Assembly: GCA_045605765.1 (NCBI GenBank)
Contig: JAZUQQ010000044.1
Span: 12,466 to 76,465, forward strand
Direction of reading: 5' to 3'
DNA length: 64,000 nucleotides
Source of the DNA: Eubacteriales bacterium
GTDB taxonomy: Bacteria > Bacillota > Clostridia > Oscillospirales > CAG-272
Shown here: positions 50,436 to 58,410 of the stretch, piece by piece
Layout of the letters: each line of letters opens with the position of its first letter
How positions within the stretch are numbered: position 1 is the first letter of the stretch
Translations under genes and position numbers: made by a program
The notes under the pieces: generated by a model
Seen by the model: only the letters and a program-made list of their open reading frames with translations
Databases searched by the model: none
Told to the model about the DNA's origin: nothing

Positions 50436-52202
50436 ATGAATACTTGGGATCTTTCCTACTTTTATAAAAATGACGAGGAGTTCACAAAGGATTTTGAATC
50501 TATAGGCGGCTATCTTCCCCAACTCGGAGCATACAAGGGAGAACTTTCCGACGAAGCAAAGCTCAAAGAGTATTTTCTTCTTTCCGAGAACATTGAAAAG
50601 AAGCTTTTTAAGGTTTATCAGTATGCATCGCTGAAAAGCGACCTCAATAAAAAGGACACCGCAAGCGCGGCGACTGTCGCAAGAGTTATGATGCTCCTTG
50701 CAAATCTCGAAGAGGTTACCTCGTTCGAGGCTCCCGAGATCCTTTCGCTCGGCAGAAAAAAGGTGTTTGACTTCATCGACAAAAATCCCGAATTCGAGTC
50801 CTACCGCTTCATTATGGAAAAGCTTTTCAGAGGCAACAAGCACGTGCTCAAAGAAGGTCAGGAAAAGCTCCTTTCATACTACTCGCCCGTGGCAAACGAG
50901 GGCTCCGAGCTCTACTCGAAGCTTGCGGTCGCGGACGCCAAAAACAAAACGGTAAAACTGAGCAGTGGTGAAAAAGTTACCGTAACTCAGGGAAATTGGC
51001 GAGCACTTATCGCGGATGCTCCCGTCGCCGCCGACAGAAAAAAGATATTCGAGGCGGTGTTCTCTGCATACGATGAGACCAAAAACACCTACGCCGAAAT
51101 ATATAACCTCGTTATGAAAAGCTGTCTTGCAAACGTAAAATCAAGAGGCTACTCGTCCATACTTTCCTCGCATCTCTTCGGCAACAACATTCCTGAATCG
51201 GTGTTCATGACTCTCATCACAGTCGCAGGAAAACACACGAAATCGCTTAAAAAATACTATAAGATCAGAAAAAAACATCTCGGTCTAAAAGCGCATAGGT
51301 CTTACGATCGCTTTATCGAGCTTGCTCATTCGGATAAGAAATATTCCTACGAGGAAGCAAAGGAGCTGTTCTTTAAATCCATCGAAAACACTCCCGCCGA
51401 TTTTCAGGCAAAGGCTCACGAAGTGCTCCGCGAGGGATTCATCGACGTTTACGAGCAGGACGGCAAGAGAAGTGGCGCGTATTCTTCGAGCATCGCGGAC
51501 GCTCATCCCTTCATTCTGCTCAACTACACAGACACTCTCGACGACGTTTTTACGGTAGTCCACGAGGCAGGACACTCGATCCACACTCTCTATTCGCACG
51601 AGGCTCAACCGACGAAGCTTCAACAGTACACGATATTCGTCGCTGAGATCGCATCGACCTTCAACGAACATATGCTCCTCGATTATCTGATAAAATCGGG
51701 CAATACGTCGCGCGAGGAGAAAATCATGCTCCTTCAAAAGGCTATAGACGAGATAGTCGCGACCTTCTACCGTCAGAGCCTTTTTGCGACCTACGAGTAT
51801 GAGGTCAGCCGTATGATCGAAGACGATAAGCCAATCGACCACGAGGTGCTATCGACCCTTATGATAGACCTTTACAAAAAATATTACGGTATCGACATCT
51901 CGAAAGAAAGGGTGAAGCAGTACGTCTGGGCGTACATTCCGCATCTTTTCTATACACCCTTCTACGTTTACCAGTACGCGACGAGCTTCGCGGCAAGCTT
52001 TGCGCTCTACTCGGCAGTGAAAGAAAATAAAGAGGGCGCGTTTGAGAATTATATAAATCTCCTGAAATCGGGAGGAAGCAAATATCCTATGGATCAGGCA
52101 CGCGAGGCGGGCATAGACTTTAATGAGAAGGAGACCTTTATGGCAGTCGTCCGCCGTCTTGACGAGCTTGTGGATTTGCTGGAAAAGGAATTGTTTAAAT
52201 AA
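50436..52202 (+). CDS. pepF: Oligoendopeptidase F (M3B)
   Basis: WDLS, KRSGAYS, HEAGHSIH, AEIAS, HLFYTPFYVYQYA; TTGACA-17-TATAAT promoter at 50376-50404. Confidence 0.95.
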   Translation: MNTWDLSYFYKNDEEFTKDFESIGGYLPQLGAYKGELSDEAKLKEYFLLSENIEKKLFKVYQYASLKSDLNKKDTASAATVARVMMLLANLEEVTSFEAPEILSLGRKKVFDFIDKNPEFESYRFIMEKLFRGNKHVLKEGQEKLLSYYSPVANEGSELYSKLAVADAKNKTVKLSSGEKVTVTQGNWRALIADAPVAADRKKIFEAVFSAYDETKNTYAEIYNLVMKSCLANVKSRGYSSILSSHLFGNNIPESVFMTLITVAGKHTKSLKKYYKIRKKHLGLKAHRSYDRFIELAHSDKKYSYEEAKELFFKSIENTPADFQAKAHEVLREGFIDVYEQDGKRSGAYSSSIADAHPFILLNYTDTLDDVFTVVHEAGHSIHTLYSHEAQPTKLQQYTIFVAEIASTFNEHMLLDYLIKSGNTSREEKIMLLQKAIDEIVATFYRQSLFATYEYEVSRMIEDDKPIDHEVLSTLMIDLYKKYYGIDISKERVKQYVWAYIPHLFYTPFYVYQYATSFAASFALYSAVKENKEGAFENYINLLKSGGSKYPMDQAREAGIDFNEKETFMAVVRRLDELVDLLEKELFK

Positions 52203-52288
52203 TATTTTCATTTTTTACACCAAAGCACTAATAAAGCTAAATAAAAGTTGTCTTTATGTATGAAAAAGAAAAACAGGAGGAATGAATT

Positions 52289-52771
52289 ATGAAAAACTGC
52301 ATTATTTCGGTATTCATCGTGCTTTCCCTGCTTGTCTTGGCGTTTGCCGGCTGCACCGCAAATAAGCCCGACGACAAGGACGGAGATAGTACCATACCCG
52401 ACGAAAACGGCGAAAACACGGAAGGCGACCGTACCACGCCCGACGAAAACGGCGAAAACGACGAAACCGGCGATAACAACGAAATTGTTAAGGTCGTGGA
52501 CAACGCATACGGTCAAGGCTCGTTTGTCCTCGACGAAGAAGAAGCCGAAGCTCTTCGCAGCGCCCTCAACTCCCTCGAATGGGTTGACACGGGCGGCGTT
52601 TGTGATTGCGATCCGAATTTCTGTATCTGCATTGGCGAAGCAATATATCACTATCACTCTCCCTATCACTCTTCACACGGAAGTTGGCGTCAAGGCACAA
52701 AAGAAGCGCAAGATGTTGACCGAACGGTAGAAGATATTATTAAAAAATATCTTCCGATGTATTGGGATTAA
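52289..52771 (+). CDS. Hypothetical lipoprotein with acidic internal repeat
   Basis: AGGAGG RBS, FAGC lipobox, duplicated T.PDENGEN, CDC...C motif. Confidence 0.7.
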   Translation: MKNCIISVFIVLSLLVLAFAGCTANKPDDKDGDSTIPDENGENTEGDRTTPDENGENDETGDNNEIVKVVDNAYGQGSFVLDEEEAEALRSALNSLEWVDTGGVCDCDPNFCICIGEAIYHYHSPYHSSHGSWRQGTKEAQDVDRTVEDIIKKYLPMYWD

Positions 52772-52792
52772 CCCGAAGAATATCCATAAAAC

Positions 52793-52824
52793 AAAAAAGC
52801 AAACTCGAATCGAGTTTGCTTTTT
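52793..52824. terminator. Bidirectional intrinsic terminator
   Basis: AAAAAAGCAAACTCGA-a-TCGAGTTTGCTTTTT. Confidence 0.85.
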
Positions 52825-52827
52825 ATT

Positions 52828-53295
52828 TTACAAGCTTTTTGCTCTCTCGGATACCGCGCGGCGGAAATTGGGCAGGTCGTGCGAATACTCGCCCGACATA
52901 TACGGGCTCGTGATGATAAAATCGGCGGTCGCGCGGTTGTTCGCTATCGGAATGTCGTAAACCTGCGCGATGCGAAGAAGCGCCTTTACGTCGGGGTCGT
53001 GCGGCTGAGCTGTAAGCGGGTCGGAAAAGAAGATAACGACGTCCACCTTGCCATCAACGATACGCGCACCTATCTGCTGATCGCCGCCCAGAGGCCCACT
53101 GTTGTATCCTCTCACAGGCAGCCCCGTATATTCTGCGACCATCTTCGCGGTAGTTCCCGTTCCGCAAAGAAAATGGTGTTCGAGTATCTCCTTGTTTTCC
53201 CTGCACCAAGCGATAAGGTCGTGCTTTTTGTTATCGTGCGCAATAAGCGCGATGTTCTTCTGATGCTCCATCGTAAGGTTTATATTTTCACTCAT
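52828..53295 (-). CDS. mgsA: Methylglyoxal synthase
   Basis: IALIAHD.KK, TGTT, SGPLGGDQQIG, DPL..QPHDPDV. Confidence 0.96.
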   Translation of the reverse strand: MSENINLTMEHQKNIALIAHDNKKHDLIAWCRENKEILEHHFLCGTGTTAKMVAEYTGLPVRGYNSGPLGGDQQIGARIVDGKVDVVIFFSDPLTAQPHDPDVKALLRIAQVYDIPIANNRATADFIITSPYMSGEYSHDLPNFRRAVSERAKSL

Positions 53296-53487
53296 TTATA
53301 TGTACTCCGTTTTGTTTTTTACCATTATACTACTTTTTAGCAAATAAATCAACACTTTCAACAAGTTTTTCATTTTGTCCTCGAAACTTTTTTACAATTA
53401 ACTTTAAGTCTTGTTTTTCGTCAAAATATGTGTTATAATGACAAAAAGAAGGCGAAGACAAATAAACCAAATATGGAGAACACTCTT

Positions 53488-54801
53488 ATGGAAAACGAAA
53501 CCGTTTACAGCGAGATCCCCTACGCCAAAAAGGTAAAGCATTACGATACGTCTAAAATGCCCAAACACCAGCTTGGAATTTTCACCTTTCTAATCTACGC
53601 ACTCAGCAAAACACTTATGATGGGCAAAAAGTATAAGATCGAAAAGATCGACATGGACGGATTAAAGACCCCCTATATCCTGCTTAGCAATCATATGTAT
53701 TTCGTCGATTTCTATTTAAACGCAATAGCGACATTTCCCAAAAAGGTATACAACATCGCCACAGTGGACGGCTATTACCGCAGGCCCTTTCTTATGGAAA
53801 TAATCGGCTGTATGTGCAAACGCAAATTCACGACCGATCCCGAGCTTGTAAAATCGGTCGAAAACGTCCTTTTCAAGAAAAAGGGCATAATGTCAATGTA
53901 CCCCGAAGCAAGGTATACACCCGTTGGCACGACCGCTATTCTGCCCGACTCGCTCGGTCAGCTTATAAAGCGTATGGGAGTTCCTGTAGTGGTTATGCTC
54001 CATCACGGAAACCATTTGCACACACCCTTTTGGAACTACCGCAAGCCCAGAAAGGTACCGCTTCACACCACTATGCGCTGTGTGCTTCGCCCCGAGGATA
54101 TTGAGAAAATGACCGTATCCGAGATTCAGGAGTATATTACCGAGGCAATGCAGTACGACGAGTACAAGTGGCAAAAGGAAAATGGTATCGAGATAAGCGA
54201 GCCCTTCCGTGCAGAGGGTCTTAACAAAATACTTTATCAGTGTCCGAGCTGTCTTGCCGAGCATAAAATGGCAAGTGAAGGAACAATTCTTTACTGCAAG
54301 CACTGCGGCAAAAAATGGGAGCTTACCACGCTCGGAGAGCTCCGCGCACTTGACGGAGAAACCGAATTCTCGCACATTCCCGACTGGTTCGAGTGGGAAA
54401 GAGCAAATGTGCGCAAAGAGATAGAAGATGGAAATTATTATTTTGAGGACGACGTAGACGTATTCTCTCTCCCCTCTTGTATGAAATTTCAGAACGTTGG
54501 CAAGGCAAAGCTAACTCACTCGTCCGACGGATTTGTCATCGAGGGCGAGTACGATGGCAAAAAATACCGCATCCGACGAGGAGTTTCGGGAATGTACGGA
54601 GTACACGTCGAGTACGATTATTGCTACGTGCGCCCAGAGGACTGTATAGACATCTCAACGTCGAAGGATTCGCTCTATTGCTATCCCACCAAAAAGGACG
54701 TGGTTACGAAGCTTTCCTTTGCTACCGAGGAGCTTTACAAGATCAAGATGGAAAAGCGTATGGAGAGACGCAGAGCAGCCCAAGCTTTAAAAAATCAATA
54801 G
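53488..54801 (+). CDS. PlsC-like acyltransferase domain protein with C-terminal zinc ribbon
   Basis: SNHMYFVD (NHxxxxD), YPE, CPSC and CKHCG. Confidence 0.8.
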   Translation: MENETVYSEIPYAKKVKHYDTSKMPKHQLGIFTFLIYALSKTLMMGKKYKIEKIDMDGLKTPYILLSNHMYFVDFYLNAIATFPKKVYNIATVDGYYRRPFLMEIIGCMCKRKFTTDPELVKSVENVLFKKKGIMSMYPEARYTPVGTTAILPDSLGQLIKRMGVPVVVMLHHGNHLHTPFWNYRKPRKVPLHTTMRCVLRPEDIEKMTVSEIQEYITEAMQYDEYKWQKENGIEISEPFRAEGLNKILYQCPSCLAEHKMASEGTILYCKHCGKKWELTTLGELRALDGETEFSHIPDWFEWERANVRKEIEDGNYYFEDDVDVFSLPSCMKFQNVGKAKLTHSSDGFVIEGEYDGKKYRIRRGVSGMYGVHVEYDYCYVRPEDCIDISTSKDSLYCYPTKKDVVTKLSFATEELYKIKMEKRMERRRAAQALKNQ

Positions 54802-54808
54802 TTTTATT

Positions 54809-54870
54809 GAAACCCCTTTTTGAGAAAGGGGTTTCGCACTTTCCCGGAACTTTACTAAAAGAGTTTTTTT
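54809..54870. repeat. Palindromic REP/BIME-like repeat, copy I
   Basis: GAAACCCCTTT-ttgag-AAAGGGGTTTC hairpin + AACTTTACTAAAA module, 7 nt after stop codon. Confidence 0.7.
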
Positions 54871-55006
54871 ATTTTCTCTTTGTGCAAATTTTCATCATGC
54901 CGACACTATCCGTGTTGACAAGAGAAAAAAATTGTGCTATACTCCATTAAAGAGTAGTTTTAACGCATATTCAAGGCATTTTGCCGATCACGAAAGGTTT
55001 ATAGAT

Positions 55007-56428
55007 ATGAAGCTTTACAACAGTCTTACAAGAAGCCGCGACGAGTTCGTGGCAAACGAGGCCGACAAGGTGAAAATGTATACCTGCGGACCTACCGTAT
55101 ATCACTATGCACACATCGGAAATCTCCGCACCTATATTATGGAGGATGTTCTCGATAAATATTTCCGTTACAGCGGATACGAGGTCACTCGCGTTATGAA
55201 CATAACCGACGTCGGACACCTTTCCTCTGACGGAGATACCGGCGAGGATAAAATGCTCAAAGGAGCAAAAAGAGAAAACAAGACCGTTCTTCAAATCGCA
55301 AAATTCTATACTGACGCCTTTTTCGCGGATTGCGAAAAGCTCAAAATAAAGACCCCCGAAGTCGTCGCTCCCGCGACTACCTGCATTGACGATTTTATCG
55401 CGGTCATCTCCTCTCTTATCGAAAAAGGATACGCGTACGAGGCAGGCGGAAACATCTATTTTGATACCTCAAAGCTCGAAAATTATTACGTTTTCAACGA
55501 CTTTTCCGAGGAAGATCTTGCGATCGGAGTTCGCGAGGGCGTTGAGGAGGACTCCTTTAAAAAGAATAAGACCGACTTCGTTCTCTGGTTCACTCGCTCA
55601 AAATTCGAGGATCAGGAGCTTAAATGGGATTCCCCTTGGGGCATAGGATATCCCGGATGGCACATCGAGTGCTCCTGCATCTCGATGAAACATCTCGGCG
55701 AAACACTCGATATCCACTGCGGCGGCATTGACAACGCATTCCCGCATCACACCAACGAGATCGCGCAGAGTGAGGCTTATCTCGGTCACAAATGGTGTAA
55801 CTATTGGTTTCACGTCCGTCATCTCAACACAAACAGCGGAAAGATGAGTAAGTCTAAGGGCGAGTTCCTGACCGTATCCCTTCTCGAAGAAAAGGGATAC
55901 GATCCGCTGGTTTACAGATTTTTCTGCCTCCAATCGCACTACCGCAAATCCCTCGTTTTCTCTTGGGAAAACCTCGACAACGCGGCAGCGGCGTACAACA
56001 AGCTAATCGCGCGCATCGCATCGCTTGACGCGTCGGGCGAGATAAACGACGACGATTTCGCAAAATACAAGAAGGTATTTACAGACGCCCTTGACAACGA
56101 TCTCAACACATCTCTTGCCGTCACGGCGGTGTATGACGTTATAAAAGCAAACGTCTCGAACGCGACCAAGCTCGCGCTCATCGCAGATTTCGACAAAGTC
56201 CTCTCGATCGGACTTATCGAAGCAGCAGAAAAGCTTAGAAGCGAGCAGAGAGAGGCAAAGGCTTCGGACGATCCCGAGGCAGAGCGCATAGAGGATCTTC
56301 TTGCCGAGCGGGCAGAGGCTAAAAAAGCCAAAAACTACGCAAGAGCGGACGAGATCCGCGCGCAGCTCCTCAGCGAGGGAATAGTTATTACGGACACTCC
56401 CCAGGGCGCAAAGTGGGAAAGAAAGTAA
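55007..56428 (+). CDS. cysS: Cysteine--tRNA ligase
   Basis: CGPTVY, HIGN, PGWHIEC, HHTNEIAQ, KMSKS; TTGACA-17-TATACT promoter at 54915-54943. Confidence 0.97.
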   Translation: MKLYNSLTRSRDEFVANEADKVKMYTCGPTVYHYAHIGNLRTYIMEDVLDKYFRYSGYEVTRVMNITDVGHLSSDGDTGEDKMLKGAKRENKTVLQIAKFYTDAFFADCEKLKIKTPEVVAPATTCIDDFIAVISSLIEKGYAYEAGGNIYFDTSKLENYYVFNDFSEEDLAIGVREGVEEDSFKKNKTDFVLWFTRSKFEDQELKWDSPWGIGYPGWHIECSCISMKHLGETLDIHCGGIDNAFPHHTNEIAQSEAYLGHKWCNYWFHVRHLNTNSGKMSKSKGEFLTVSLLEEKGYDPLVYRFFCLQSHYRKSLVFSWENLDNAAAAYNKLIARIASLDASGEINDDDFAKYKKVFTDALDNDLNTSLAVTAVYDVIKANVSNATKLALIADFDKVLSIGLIEAAEKLRSEQREAKASDDPEAERIEDLLAERAEAKKAKNYARADEIRAQLLSEGIVITDTPQGAKWERK

Positions 56429-56652
56429 AAATAAAACAAAAACGAACACCCTTGTACCACCTGCGACACGGCGGGTGATGCAATGGTGTTTTTAATTAAG
56501 CAATCACACAAAAAAGCATTGAGGTTTTTTGTTTTAAGCAATTACAATTTAAAGCCTTTGAACGATGAAATTCAATTTTAAAATTCATTTGACATATAAC
56601 ACAAAATGTGATATAATTTTCTCGTAAATCACGGAAAGGATAGGTAAGCCTT

Positions 56653-57279
56653 ATGAAATACAGCATAGTTACTATAAGCCGCGAGTTCGGAAGCGGAGGA
56701 CGCACGATAGGTCGTCTGGTTGCCCAAAAGCTCGGCATTCCCTTCTACGATAGGGATCTTGTCAACAAGGTCGCTCTTGAAACAGGCTTTACTCACGAGT
56801 ATATTGCAGATGCAGGGGAATATGCTCCCGTAAAGAACAAATTTGCATATGCGCTCTCGCTCGGACACAGTAATCATATGCACGGGCACACCACCCCCGC
56901 GGATTATATATGGGCGACACAAAGCCGTGTCATAAAGTCGCTTGCCGATCAGGGTCCGTGCGTGATCGTTGGACGTTGTGCCGACTATATTCTCAGAGAC
57001 CGCACAGATGTCCTTCACGTATTTATCCACGCTCCCAAAGAGGCAAGAGCCGAAAGAATAGTCCGTATTTATGGGGAAAATTCCAGCAAACCCCTAAAAC
57101 GCCTCGACGAAAAGGACAAAAAGCGCAAGGTACACTACAACCATTTCACAGGTCGCGAGTGGGGTATGTCTCAAAATTACAACCTGAGTCTGGACAGCGA
57201 AATCGTTGGTGTGGAAAAATGTGCCAATATTATCGCGGATATAATGGTCAATAACGCCGCGGACGGCGTAGTAAGTTAA
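56653..57279 (+). CDS. Cytidylate kinase-like family protein
   Basis: ITISREFGSGG-type P-loop, VIVGRCADY, D.KR; TTGACA-17-TATAAT promoter at 56589-56617. Confidence 0.88.
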   Translation: MKYSIVTISREFGSGGRTIGRLVAQKLGIPFYDRDLVNKVALETGFTHEYIADAGEYAPVKNKFAYALSLGHSNHMHGHTTPADYIWATQSRVIKSLADQGPCVIVGRCADYILRDRTDVLHVFIHAPKEARAERIVRIYGENSSKPLKRLDEKDKKRKVHYNHFTGREWGMSQNYNLSLDSEIVGVEKCANIIADIMVNNAADGVVS

Positions 57280-57288
57280 TGATGTTAG

Positions 57289-57322
57289 AATACCTCGCAG
57301 ATAACTCTGCGAGGTATTTTTT
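57289..57322 (+). terminator. Intrinsic terminator
   Basis: AATACCTCGCAGA-taac-TCTGCGAGGTATTTTTT. Confidence 0.85.
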
Positions 57323-57376
57323 GTACAGCATTTTGCAAAAAAGATAAAAAACTCATACAAAAAATCGCAACGACCC

Positions 57377-57405
57377 TTGACATTGTCGATTCTCTGTGGT
57401 ATTAT
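57377..57405 (+). promoter_or_regulatory. SigA promoter driving the tRNA-Ser locus
   Basis: TTGACA-17 nt-TATTAT with TGn extension, 30 nt before first tRNA half. Confidence 0.75.
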
Positions 57406-57434
57406 AATAGCGTTGCGAACGCAAAACCGAACAC

Positions 57435-57473
57435 GAAGGTTATCGAAGCGGTCATAACGAGGCGGTCTTGAAA
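57435..57473 (+). repeat. tRNA-Ser(UGA) 5' half, degenerate copy 1
   Basis: GAAGGTTATCGAAGCGGTCATAACGAGGCGGTCTTGAAA; ends at anticodon loop. Confidence 0.9.
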
Positions 57474-57630
57474 TTTCAGTCTGCCGCGCGATGATGCAAG
57501 ACGGCGACCTCCGAAAGAGGTTCAAAACGCGCCGTTTTTCAGACGGTAAAATACTTGCCCGAAATGATCTCTATCGAGAATTCTAAAGGCGAGAAAAAAT
57601 ACAGAAAAGGCACAATTAAATAGTCAACAC

Positions 57631-57671
57631 GGAGGGTTATCGAAGTGGTCATAACGAGGCGGTCTTGAAAA
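57631..57671 (+). repeat. tRNA-Ser(UGA) 5' half, copy 2
   Basis: GGAGGGTTATCGAAGTGGTCATAACGAGGCGGTCTTGAAAA; one mismatch to intact tRNA; ends just past anticodon loop. Confidence 0.92.
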
Positions 57672-57821
57672 TTTGCGAGCATATCGGTCGCAAAAACGCA
57701 AAAAAGCCTTGTAAACACTGACTTTTCGGGCACTCCGAAAGCAGCCGAAAACAGCATTTCTAAAAATATTTCTAAAAAAATTGAATATCCGATGATATCT
57801 GCCTGACGGCAGTTCATATAC

Positions 57822-57910
57822 GGAGGGATATCGAAGTGGTCATAACGAGGCGGTCTTGAAAACCGTTTGGGCACCCGCCCACAAGGGTTCGAATCCCTTT
57901 CCCTCCGCCA
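57822..57910 (+). tRNA. tRNA-Ser (anticodon TGA)
   Basis: Acceptor GGAGGGA/TCCCTCC, anticodon arm GCGGT-CTTGAAA-ACCGT, long variable arm TGGGC-accc-GCCCA, GGTTCGAATCC, discriminator G, encoded CCA. Confidence 0.95.
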
Positions 57911-58410
57911 TAAAAAGCCTTGAAAACACTACGTTTTTGAGGCTTTTCTCTTTTTACCGCTTCCCGAATTTGAGCGTATTTCGCTTAATTTCTCGCATTT
58001 TTCTCGCAACTTTCATTCAAATTAAAAATCCCGAAAACCCTTGCTACATAAGGTTTTTCGGGACTTTGACTTTAGACATTGTTTTAGAAATCGTCTTCGT
58101 TTGTGTAGCTTATTTCAAGTTAGGAGCTTAAATTGAAATAACAACACGAAATTTTGATGCCTTATTTCAATTTCGTAGCTGAACCTAAAACAACTCGCTA
58201 CATAGATCAAGATAACAAGAGTCAATTTGATAAACTCTCACTCTTTATCAGAGTTTTATTTGATTAACAAAGATCTATATTGGATAAAATAATTTCACAT
58301 TTGAATGCAAATAATCAATTATTGTCGAAAATAATTGATAGTATACTTATAATAATTCTTGACAAAAATTAATTTTTGTGCTATAATGCTTACAAAAGGA
58401 GGGCTTTAAT

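Noticed and set aside
52390-52480. 45-bp internal duplication in lipoprotein gene
   Set aside because: Low-complexity acidic linker, common in lipoproteins
54944-55006. T-box leader for cysS
   Set aside because: Promoter is only ~60 nt from the start codon; no room and no T-box motif
57435-57910. CRISPR array or intron-containing tRNA
   Set aside because: Repeats are tRNA sequence, spacers are ~150 nt and no cas genes are in the window; an intron would be followed by a 3' half, not another 5' half, and no group I core is visible
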